NCBI GenBank assembly: GCA_043228905.1 | Contig: JBHGNT010000011.1 | Span: 5,890,001 to 5,954,000, forward strand | Origin: Azolla caroliniana | Lineage: Eukaryota; Plantae; Polypodiophyta | DNA: 64,000 nt | Reading direction: 5' to 3' | Shown here: positions 48,209-60,205 of the stretch, piece after piece | How positions within the stretch are numbered: position 1 is the stretch's first letter | How the letters are laid out: each line of letters starts with the position of its first letter | Notes under the pieces: model-generated | Told to the model about the DNA's origin: nothing | What the model saw: the letters and a program-made list of their open reading frames with translations, nothing else | Databases searched by the model: none | Position numbers and translations under genes: made by a program

Positions 48209-51200
48209 ATGTCCAGCCAAATGGAAGGGGAAGAAGGGTGTTTAGAATTACCCCTCAATGATCATAAGGATAGGGATGATGCTATTAGGACACAACAAGC
48301 CATACGAAACTATTGGGCAGAAAAAAAAAGGAAACATCATCAATTGTTGAAGGATACAAAAGCCACACTCAGCAAAGGTAAGGATAGTTTAGCTGAGAAT
48401 GTAAGTAATGCGACTACCATCATAGAGAGAAAGGTTGTAGACTATTTCAATGTTCAAACCAAGCACATTAGCAATGAAAAAAAGAAGATAGTACTTTATG
48501 GAATATTAAATGATCCATCGATAAAGGACTTAGTTGATTGTGATGGTCTTAATGCAAACATATCATCTATTTTAGTAAATAATCTTCATAATAGTTTCGT
48601 ATCCATGAGCAGGTCAGAAGATGATCTTGTCTTAAAAAGGTCTAGTCTAATGATGTTACTTAATAATGATGTTGACGATGTAAACATCAGTGAGCTATCT
48701 AAGGTAATTGGTGTTAGTAGAAAAATAGTGTACAATACATTGAACCGTATAATTTCCTTGGGTGAAGGAACTAGTCTACTAAAGCTAACTACAAGATGTA
48801 AGCCAATGACAACCATAACATCAGAAATCAAGGATGTAATCACAATGTTTTGGACTAATGAGAGTAGGGTTTCACCCAATAAAAAGGATTTATGCAAGAA
48901 AAGTATTGGAAGAAATCAATACGAGGAGCATCCCATTCATCTTCTTGATGTACCTCAGGTATTTACATTTATCTCAACATTTGTTTTGACTGTACACGGA
49001 AAGTTAATTAGCTCAGTTAGCAGAAAAGCTAATTAGCTTATTAGTTACATTTACCTCAGTTAGCTACTAGGATAGCTACTACATAGGTAATTGGCTACTC
49101 TCAATAGCTACTACCATGATAGCTAATTAGCTATTCTCAATAGCTAATTTAGTTACTACCAGATAATTAGCTACCAAAATAGCTAACTAGCTACCATGAT
49201 AGCTAATTAGCTATTCTCAATAGCTAATTTAGTTACTACCAAATAATTAGCTACCAAAATAGCTAATTAGCTTTTAGGATAGCTAATTAGCTATTAGAAT
49301 AGGGTTTTAGCTACCATGATAGCCAAATAGCTACTAGAATAGCTAATTAGAATAGCTAATTAGCTAATTAGCTATTAGAATAGGTAATTACCTACCATGA
49401 TAGCTAATTAGCTACTATGATATTTAGCTACTCTAGTTATTACCAGCTAATTAGCTACTAGGACAACTAATTAGCTACTAGGATAGCTAATTTCGTTATT
49501 ACTAGCTAATTAACTACTATGAAAGTTAATTAGCTACCTTGATAGCTAATTAGCTACTAGGACAGCTAATTAGCCACCATGATAGCTAATTAGCTACTAG
49601 ACTAGCTAATTAGCTACCATGATAGTTAGTTAGCTACTAGGACAGCTAATTAGCTATCGTGATAGCTAATTAGCTACTAGAATAGCTAATTAGCTACTAG
49701 AATGGCTAATTAGCTACTAGAATAGCTAATTAGCTACCATGATAGCTAATTAGCTACTAGAACAACTAATTAGCTACTAGAATAGTTAGCTAGTTACAAG
49801 AATAACTAATTCCCCTTTATTACGCAGGTTGATTTATTTGTTAGGTTCAAACGAATGCATCCAAATATCAAAGTTCAACTACGAACATTCAAGTCTCTTA
49901 AGCCACACTTTGTGAGACGCTTAAAGGATCGATACACATGTTGTTGCATTTACCATGTACAGATGGGTTTTCTAAAGGACTCTGTTAATCTACTACGTCA
50001 CCATAGCGCATCCCTAACTAATACAGTTTTCACATGTGGGTGCCCAATCTGCCGATCAAGCCCGCAAGAGGAGTGTAAATCATTTGAGCACGTTATCTCT
50101 TCCATGAGTTATTTATTAGATTCAATATTGTGTCCGAGAGAAACTGACGCTATCTTCCATAGTCATAAATGTGTCATGGGTTTATGTCAAGATTGTGGCC
50201 CTACTAGATTTAGGTGGTGTCCAAATGAATTGAGTAGTGAAATATTGATCTTTGTGAAGTTATTTGAGTCAATGAACACCAATTTCGAAGGAAAGGTGTG
50301 TAAAAGAAAGGATCTAGTTCGGAAGATGCTTAAACCAAGGGATTTGGTGTCTCTGTTTGTAGTATCTCTAGGAAAGTTCATTAAACACAACTTCATTTAC
50401 TCATGGCAGGCCCATCAGTTTAAGACTTGCATATTTGATTTCCCAAATGATGTAGTAGTCTCAATAGTAGATTTCGTAGAGAATTATACTTTCAAGCAGA
50501 AGAATGAAATTCAATCTATGCATTGGTGTTCAGTTCAGGTAACCATTCTTGTGCACATAACATATTTTCGAGTTTCAGGTGATGTTAAAAAAGTAATTCA
50601 TTTCTTTATTTCTGATAATAAGAAGCATGATACCTTGTTCGTCCAACAGTGTTTTAAGTTACATTGGCAGTGGTTATTAGCTCAACGTTTGGAGCTTACT
50701 CAACATTGGGTCTGGTTTGACGGAGCTGCGTCACAATTCAAGGCTCGACATCCATTTTATTTTGTGGGGAGGTATCCTGCTATAACAGGTTTGGAGATGA
50801 GATGGAATTTTTTTGGGTCTGGCCATGGTAAAGGTGAACATGATGGTGCAGGGGTTGTTATAAAGCAGGCACTTACCCATGAACAACTAAAGACAGATGG
50901 CGTGCACATGAATTGTGCATCACATGTAGTTGAATTTTTAAGAACAAATATGTCAACGAGTGCAACAGGTGTTTATTCCTCGCAAGTCCGAGATATCAAA
51001 CGTGAATTTTGGGAAGTGAAGATAGATGAAGTAAATAGGGAGAAGACCTGGGAGTGCCAAGGAATTCCCGAATTGTGATCTCTGCATGTTGTTCACGGTT
51101 ATTCCAGGTTAGATGGTCATTGTATTGCGGTTAGAGAATTGACTTGTGTTTGCTTCCATTGTGTGCAGGGAAATTGGAGATATTGTCTAAACAAAGCATA

Positions 51201-51669
51201 CATTCAGAATTGGGAGTATCACACTCTGAATGATAAGGAAGCAGTTGATGGAGAAACAGGGCAGAATGCTGACTTCACATATGAGGGACTTGGAGATACT
51301 TTGAGTGATGTCCTGAACGTTGGGGATAACTTCGTTGTAAATGCTAAAGAAGGCAATTCAGAGGGTGCTGATTTCTATATATTGAAGTGCACGGTTAGTA
51401 AACAGTGTGCAAGGCAGAATATTGTAGATGCATGGGGAAATTTTGTATCTGTCGGGACATTCTACATCGAAGGCATTTTTTATGCAAAACTAGATGACTA
51501 CGAATATGTGTACAGGCTGTTAGAAGACAAACCAGCGGCGTACATGTACTCTCATTTGGTCAGGTGCATCAACGTCCCAATGTCAGAATACAATAGTTGC
51601 TCAGGTTTATACACTGTTGGTGCTAATGTGTATGAATGTATTTACAATAGTATGCCATGGAATTTGTAG
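48209..51669 (+). pseudogene. Spliced Sola2-type transposase (~860 aa; exons 48209-48958 and 49828-51669; one in-frame TGA at 51076-51078)
   Basis: Phase-0 GT-AG intron joins ...LLDVPQ to VDLFVRFKRMHPNIKV; motifs CCCIYH, DFVENY, WFDGAASQFK, WNFFGSGHGKGEHDGAG, CVCFHC. Confidence 0.82.
49020..49800. repeat. Array of palindromic TAGCTAATTAGCTA units (~21-bp period) filling the transposase intron
   Basis: Dozens of copies; the same motif occurs at 47395-47430, 51770-51855, 53909-53985, ~58060 and 60675-60727. Confidence 0.92.
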
Positions 51670-52192
51670 CTACAAGTAGCAATTACCATGTTCTCTTGTA
51701 AAACAAACATGTATTTCGCGAAAACAGTTAAATAAATTTGTTTGAGAATCAATTTCTTGTATACAGCCAGTAGCTAATTAGCTGTCAGTAGCTAATTAAC
51801 TGTTAGTAGCTAAATAGTCATCAGTAGCTAATTAGTTGTACATATGCAGCTAATTAGTTGTCAATAGAACCATGTACAACAGTATGCCATGGAACTTGTA
51901 GCTACAAGTAGCAATTACCATCTTTTCGTGTAAAACAAACATGTATTTCGAAAATACAGTTAAATAAAGCACTAGCATGAAATCAACAATCTGCAACATA
52001 TTCCTCAAATTACACAGTAGATAAGTACAATGGGAACAAGTAATTAAATTCTTCATTGAATAATGTCATCTCTTTACATATTTATAAATTACCATTGGAA
52101 ATGTCTACAAATCTCCTATAAACAACTAAGCTCTTGCTAGTCAGTGGAACGAGTCTACATATATTATCTGCATATCGAGCTCGGTATGGAGT

Positions 52193-53176
52193 CTACAACC
52201 ATGCACCTAGTTGGCAGCTCACTATTTGCACCAGGTACTGTTCAGGCATTTCCTCGAGTAGAATGAGACAACATCTTTGAATATTGAAGTAGTGCCGGAA
52301 TTGTTCTGTATCCAAAATCAATGTGTTTTCGGCATTATATTCAGGCCAAGTAGCCCAAAAATCAAAAAGTCTCTTGAATCTTGCAACTTCCATTTGCTCA
52401 CAATTTTCTCGTGGCCATTGACCTTTAAAATGACTTCACCATTTTGGGAAGAATCTCGCTAAACACTTCCACACATCTGATTTTGGTTTTTCACTCCAAA
52501 TAAACAAATCAAAGTATTGCCAATCCCACTCTAGAAATTGATTCGCGTCCCTCCTTGGCTGCATATATCTCACACTCATCAAGACTTTATCAAGCTCCAA
52601 GATCAAGGCTCTTCTTTCGACTTCTAGCGGTTTAGGTTTCCATTCCTGAAAATGAGCCGTTGTTACACCATTTTCTGGTAGGACACGATCAATCTCAATT
52701 AGCTCAGGTTCCTCCAACACAATTGGCGTCCTTTTCCTCTTCAAACCCCTAGTCGACTGTGTTGGTCCTGGCTTCACATTTTGGTGCTCTTGTTTTGTCG
52801 ACTTAGTTATCAATCCTTGGATTACCTCGGTGCATGTAGCTACTGATCTGCTCGATATCAGTCCACTGGTATCACATGTTGCATCTATCTGCAACAACAA
52901 GTCATCCGTGCAACATGTTGCACCTACCTGCAACATCAAGTCATCCGTGCAACATGCTTGATCAACTTGTGTGACCAGATCACTTGTGTCAGTTGCTACA
53001 TCTACTTTCAAGATGGGGCCCTTTAAACACGCCGCAACATCAACAGTATCCATAGTGCCATCGGCCTTACGAGCAATAGAATCAAACCCTTTAGACTCTG
53101 CAACATCAGAAAACACCAACATATTCACACTCACAAAGTAACTAATAGTCTCACAAAACAACATAATGAACATCAA
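52193..53176 (-). pseudogene. FCP1/NIF (HAD)-like phosphatase-fold coding region with a degenerate catalytic motif
   Basis: RRALILELDKVL...PRRDANQFLEW...FDLFIWS, an in-frame TGA, then WPRENC...FKRLFDFWATWPEYNAENTLILD. This follows the FCP1/UBLCP1 motif order, with DxDxT replaced by ELDKV. Confidence 0.6.
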
Positions 53177-53986
53177 AGAGTTTCAGTCATAGAACAACAC
53201 TCTTCAAATTATCTTGGAAAAACATCATAGAGTTCCATTACATAATGTGGATCAAGCAACAACCAATCTGAGGTTTTACTTGTCCAACAGGATAGTAAAA
53301 CTTCATAAAACCCTAGCAAAATCCCTAAGCTAACAATCATATCAAACTAAACAGTATTTCGCTCCACTACGTCTAGGACCCTTGACCGAGTAACTGGTCT
53401 TGTTCCCGATCGTGGCCCCTTCTTCAGCCTTTTTCTAGTCGGTTGCCCATTTAGCCTTGCTTCTTTCACCAATGCGCAAGTGTGTCCTCCTCCGACAACC
53501 TTCCCATCGCCTCAGCAACTAATTGCACATCAGTTGTTTCTTGCGCTAGCTTTTCAAGTACAGAGGGATCTGTTTGGACATTTTCAGTAGTTGGGCTCGG
53601 TGGGGTGGAATCAAGGTCTTGAGATTCGAAGAAATGTTGCATCAAGTGTTCAAAAACACTCTTGTTGTGAACCTCAGTTTGACATGTTGTTTCCACTATT
53701 TCATGGCATTTCACATTGTTGCCTAATTTAGTACAATGTTCCAAAAGAATAGGGTGGAGCTTATCTGAAGGAGATGTGATAGCAGGACTCTTACTTTCAG
53801 CCACGTTGGCAACTATCTCCTCATTTGTTGCAGCGTCATCAGCACCAGACACATCATGTGTCGTCCTTAATCCACAAGATTCTACAATAACATGGCAACT
53901 ATTTAGGATAGCTAATTAGCTACTTTACTAAACTATGGTAGTAGCTAGGATAGCTAATTAGCTAGTACGACAGCTAATTAGCTACT

Positions 53987-56900
53987 TGTTGAGAGACAAG
54001 CTCAACATCGGCCGGATCGGCTGAAGAAGCCGAGGATCGGATTGGTTGGGACCGATCGATTAGGCCGAATGCGTAAACCGGTACGCAGACCGGTGTGTAG
54101 GTAGGGCTGGATCGGTGCGTAAACCGGGAGGCCGTTAGGGAAGATATTCCATCAGGAATATATTTGGGAGTTAGTGTAGGAGCTCTTAATGAGCATTGAA
54201 GTACTGTCAGTACTTCGGTCAGTCCTTCTAGGACTTGTATAAAAGTGTTCATTGAACACACATATGTATAGAGTGTGGTGAATAGAGATTGTGTATTTTT
54301 TTTAATATACCTCTTGTGTTTCTCTCTCTCTCTCTGTCTCCCTCGCGTATACTGCGTGAGCTCAAGCTCTCCTTTAAACCTGAGTTTTCTTCCTTCTGTT
54401 CGGTCTTCATACTTGCTTCCGCACGTTACTTTTTACATGGTATCAGAGCGTGAGGTTTGAGAACCTCTCTACAGCCGACACAGCTTGACGAAGAAGAACA
54501 AGAAGAACGATGGATAGAGGCATGGCGAGCTCGCTTCCAACAGAGAAGCTCGATAGAACCAACTACACGTCTTGGTCCTACAAGATGCACCAGTACGTGC
54601 TCGGGCACGGCTACTAGAGTTATGTCGAAGGAGCTAATGACGCAGCACCCGAATCGACACACAGAGACTTTCCGTCGTGGGAGCAATCAGCGAGCAGGGT
54701 ATTATACTGCTTCGCGTCGTGTGTGGGCGAACAACTATTGAGCTATGTTCGGGATGCAAAGACGCCAAAGGGTGCGTGGGAAAATCTGAAGAAGATTTTC
54801 GCCGCGAGCACCACAACTAGGAAGCTTCAGCTCCGACAGGAGTTGAGCAACCTACGACAACGCGACTTGTCGGTGGCGGACTATACCTCAAAGATCAAGG
54901 ATATCTGCGACTCCCTCGCCTCCATAGAGGTGAACATCGAGGAGAGCGAGATGGTCCAGATTTGTCTCGGAGGTTTGGCGTCGAAGTTCGGAGCGTTCCA
55001 AACGGCTGTGTGTACCCAGGAGAATACGCCGTCCTTTTTCGACTTACAGGCAATGCTCCTGGTAGAGGAGAACCACGTGGGTGCGTCTACAAGCACGCAC
55101 ACCGACAACAGAATGCTGTACACGGAGGGAGATAGTCTCCGCGGACGTGGAGGACGAGGCGAGTCGACGCACAATGGAGGTGGCCGACGAGATCAAGGAA
55201 GAAGGCACCGAAGTGATGCCGACAGCAACTCCGAACCCTCCGAAAACTAGGGGAGTCGAAGCGATGAGAACTGGCAAGGGAAGGAAATTGCGGAGTGCTG
55301 GTACTGTGGCAAGAAAGGCCACAGGGAAAGTGAGTGCTGGAAGAAGCGCGCCGATTCGGAGAGAACCGGTTCCGGAAACAGCTTCGGACATACCAACAAG
55401 CGAAATCGGCAGCGATCGCACTACGCCGAAGACTCCGGGAGAGCCGGAGAAGGGTCTGCCTTCGTGACGAGACACGAAACAAACTCAATGAAACGGACCA
55501 CCCCGAGATCGGATGAGGTGTGGTACGTAGACTCCGGCGCGTCAAACCACATGACGAGCCATAAGGAGTGGTTCTCGTACCTTGAAAAACCGATACAACC
55601 TGGAGTAGTCGCAACTAGAGACGACACTCCACATCCGATCGCGAATGTCGGAGAAGTTCCCCTTAGCCATGTCGGGCAGAAAGGGAAACTCATGAACGTG
55701 TTGCACGTTCCGACAATCCCGAAGAACTTGGTCTCAGTCGGACAGATCGTCGACCAAGGGATGGAGGTTCGGTTTACACACCTCGGGTGCTTCATTGAGG
55801 AAGAAGGCCATGTGATTGCGCAAGGGTGCAGAGACGGGAGGATGTTCATCCTCGATTCCACTGACGGCGGCACCGCAATGTTCGCGAAGGGACAAATATC
55901 CGAGTCGGACATCGACTTGTGGCACAAGCGGATAGGCCACGTCAACTACCAGCGGCTTCAAGATCTGCAATCGAAACAGGTAGTGTTCGGATTGCCCAAA
56001 TTTAGTGGCCAAAAGGCACAAATTTGTGAAGCCTGCCAGCTCGGGAAGCAACACCGACTTCCTTTCCCCAACGAGCGAAACCGGAGCCGGAACAAGCTCG
56101 ACCTTATACACTCCGATGTATGGGGGCCGGCACAAAACGTTAGTCTTGGCGGGAGCCGATATTTCGTCTCCTTCATCGACGACCACACGCGGCACACGTG
56201 GATCTACCTCATTGAGAGGACGAGCGAAGTCTTCGACTGTTTCCGGGACCTCAAAGGGTTCGTGGAAACAGAAACAGGACGAAAGATCAAGTGCCTGCGG
56301 TCGGATGGCGGGAAAGAGTACTTTTCTGGTCAATTCAACGGTTATCTACAACAAATGGGAATTCGGCGCGAATTCAGTTGTAGATACACGCCAGAGCAGA
56401 ACGGCGTGGCCGAGAGGAAGAATCGGTCAGTTGTGGAAGCGGCACGACCAATGCTGGAGGAGAAGAGCTTGCCCAAGTTCTACTGGGCCTAGGCGGTAAG
56501 GACCGCGGTATACATCCAGAACCGGATCGGAGACAGAGTGTCAGCGCACGAACTATATTTCGGAACGAAGCCGAACTTGCGACACTTGAGGGTGTTCGGT
56601 AGCATTGCGTATGTGCATGTACCGAAGGAGAAAAGGAGGAAGCTAGACGCAAAGGCCGAGAAATGCATCTTGGTCGGTTACTCGGACGAGCAGAAGGGTT
56701 ATAAGTGTTATAACCCTCGCACCAAACAAGCGCGTGTTAACCATGACGTTGTGTTTGACGAGTCCGCATCCTGGTACCAGCCCCCAACTCCGAACCCCGA
56801 CTCCAATCCGAGTTCTGACGATGAGGTCAGTGAGGCCGAGATGCCTCCGGATGAGCCCGAAATCGAGACCCGCAAAGAGAGTCCGATTTCACTCCGTTTA

Positions 56901-58052
56901 AGTGGACCGATTGGACGACTGTGTCGGTACGATCAGTCCGATGAAGAGCCGGCGAGTAGTGGAGACTCGGTCGTGCATTCCCCGCGCAGGAAGTCGAGGA
57001 GATGGCTTACGCGCAAAGAGAAAGGGAAGAAGAAGGTGTTGGATTCCGACACGGATAAGAATGAGTCAGACCGACGCGAGTCCGACTCTGAGGGAACCGG
57101 TGACGGGTCTTTAAAGGTGAAGACCGCGTCGACCGAGAAGGCCTCGACATCGGCTAATGTGAGATTACGTCGATCTACCCGCCAGAAGAATCCTGTTTTG
57201 CGGTTCGGATACAACGAGTACATGGCGCATCATTATGCATACATGACCCGTGTAGCGGAAGTGCATGAGCCGGAGAGCTACGCAGAAGCAGCTAAAGACG
57301 CGAATTGGCGTTCCGTGATGGAGGAAGAGATGCACGAATTGGCGGAGAACGAGACCTGGGACCTGGTTGACGCACCAACAGGGGTAAAACCGATCGGGTG
57401 TAGGTGGGTGTACAAGGTCAAGTAGAACACCGATGGCTCGGTCAACCGGTACAAGGCTCGGCTAGTGGCAAAGGGCTACGCGCAGAAACACGACATCAAC
57501 TACGATGAGACGTTTGCGCCGGTCACGAAAATGACGACCGTCCGTGTTTTGCTCACAGTAGCTGCGGTGAAGGGGTGGCACTTACATCAGATGGATGTAA
57601 AGAATGCGTTCCTACAAGGTGACCTTGAGGAACAGGTGTACATGGTACAGTCCCCCGGATTTCACTCTAGAATGAACTCCTCGGCAGTATACCGATTGAA
57701 GAAGTCCCTTTACGGACTGAAGCAAGCCCCGCGTGCCTGGAACGCGAAGATCACGCAACAACTGCGTCGGATGGGCTTCGTCACGTCAAAATCGGACTCT
57801 TCCCTGTTCATCCGGAAAGGTCGACTCGGACCGGTTAGTATTTTACTATATGTTGATGACTTGGTCATCGCCGGCACCGACCTAGGTGAAATCGACCGCG
57901 TGAAGCTCCAGCTTGCGGCATCGTTCGACATGAAGCATCTGGGGGACCTTCATTACTTCCTCGGGATCGAAGTGATCCGTACCCCCGAAGGCATATTGAT
58001 CAGCCAACGTCATTACGTGCTGAGTATGCTCTTCAAATTCGGGATGGCCGAC
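53987..58052 (+). mobile_element. 3'-truncated Ty1/copia family C element in an intron of the accessory gene
   Basis: 5' LTR 53987-54437, PBS, gag-PR-IN-RT; breaks off in RT at ...GGATGGCCGAC; no 3' LTR or TSD. Confidence 0.92.
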
Positions 58053-59439
58053 AACTTATTAGCTACAGTATGGTATACCTGTTAGTTTTCTCCACTCATT
58101 TGGTAGAGCTGTACTGCAATCTCCCAAACAGAATTCAGCAATTCGACAGGCATATTGAAAACAAAGCAGATGGTATGTGTGGTTGCATGGTTGTAGGTGA
58201 ACCAACAAAGACGCAGTTTTGTCCTCCACACCTAACCCGCAAGTGATGCAACATGCTTGAACTGTCAATAAATCATTTTCTGGTTCTCCTTCATTTGGCA
58301 AGGGAGCAAGAATTTTTAGGTCCAAATCCTGTCTGCTCCTTACCATTCCCTCCACAAAATGTAGCTGCTTCTTAAGGTAGCTAACTACCTGTTCTTGATT
58401 AATGTATTGTTCCTTCAACGCAACAGAGAAATTTACCAATTAATTATTCCTGTTTGAGAAAGATACACCAACTTTGCTCAAGAATCGTTAACTTACTTGA
58501 AGCTTTTCCAAATTGTAATCTGCAACAGTATTTACACCTAGAAGGTCCAGGTTCATTGAAAGAACCTGGATCTCTATTTGCAGTTGTATTTTACGCTAGG
58601 GATCCAGTGGCCCCTCTAATTCAAGCTCCTATTGCGCAACCTATTCCAGATAATTCTTGATTAGCACATTTTACCCTTAAAGTTATTTATAACACAATCA
58701 CATACGAGCAAAACAATAGTTACCTGAATCTTATTTCTAATCGTTGTAATAGCTAAAGTAACTTTGCTCTCCATTGTAGAAGCCATTGTGGCTTTCTCTA
58801 AATCAGTCTTAAAAAATGCCAATGTCTCACAGGCTTCATGGACATTTTTTAGCATATAGCTAACCAATGTCTCACCTGTAACATCGACATTGGCTTTCCT
58901 TGGGTGTCGGCGTGGTGTATGCCCCCGGTTTTGCTGGGAGTCGGCAGTTGCATCAACAGCTGCCATGCTCCAAAATCTGTCTATTTTTTGTGCCAAGGTC
59001 CCCATCTTTCGGCATCTTTCTACCGATGCCTCACCATAGACTGCCCAAGCTACTCTATACATTTCAGGGTCTTTGGATTCCTTCGTTATTTTGCAGTACT
59101 CATATGCAAATGCTCTAGCAAATGAAACTGACAACTCATTGTTGACTGGGATCTCCTGATGAACTTTCTGGTGCAGCCTCATGCAGTCATCATACAAGTT
59201 GGCTCGTACATGCTTCAGCTTGACCTTGCCTTTGACTCTAGGCACTGTATATACTGTCATCCAGTCTACATCACTGATCAATTTATCACTTAGGACAGCA
59301 GGGTCAACACCCTCAAGTGACAGACCATAGGTGTTGTGGAAGTCCTCCTTTGTCTCGCAAAATTTTGCGAAGTTTAGCACTCTCGGATACGGAGGAACGA
59401 GCCATCTGAAATATCAAATCAGAAATTAGAAATAGTGCA

Positions 59440-60205
59440 AAATCAGAATATGTCAGAATCAGAAACCCCAATCAACAACAACAGAAATAGTGCAAAATCA
59501 TTAACCTAGCAAATCAGAAACCCCTTTCAGAAATTGCAATCAGATATTTGTAAACAGAAACCCTAATCATAATTTGTATTCAGAAATTTGAAATCAGAAA
59601 CCCTAATCAAAATATGTAATCAAAAGTTTGTAACTAGAAACCCTATTCAGAAATTCTAATCAGAAATTTATAATAAAAAACCCTAATAAGAAATTTTAAT
59701 CAGAAACCATAATCAAAAAATTGTAACCAGAAACAAAAACCCTAATCATAATTTGTATTCAGAAATTTGAAATCAGAAACCCTAATCAAAATCTGTAATC
59801 AGAAGTTTGAAATTAGAAACCCTAATCAAAATCTATAATCAGAAGTTTGTAACCAGAAACCCTATTCAGAAATTCTAATCAGAAATTTATAATCAAAAAC
59901 CCTAATAAGAAATTTCAATCACAAACCCTAATCAGAAATTTCAATCACAAAACCTAATCAAAAATTCTAATCAAAAATTTTTAAACAAAAACCCTATTCA
60001 GAAATTCTAATCAAAAATTCTAATCTGTAATCAAAATTTGTAACCAGAAACCCTATTAAGAAATTCTAATAAAAAATTTATAATCAAAAACCCTAATCAG
60101 AAATTTCAATCAAAAACCCTAATCAGAAATTTCAATCACAAACCCTAATCAGAAATTTATAAACAAAAACGCTAATCAGAAATTTCAATCAGAAACCCCA
60201 ATCAT
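59440..60205. repeat. AT-rich minisatellite with AAACCCTAAT (telo-box-like) cores, within predicted intron 59406-60249
   Basis: Many AGAAACCCTAATCAGAAATTT variants at ~20-30 bp spacing. Confidence 0.85.

Noticed and set aside
49020-49800. CRISPR-like palindromic repeat array
   Set aside because: Spacers are only ~7 nt and recur; no cas genes; eukaryotic intron context.
59440-60205. Interstitial telomere or chromosome-fusion scar
   Set aside because: AAACCCT cores are separated by non-telomeric spacers, not contiguous heptamers, and lie inside a transposon intron.
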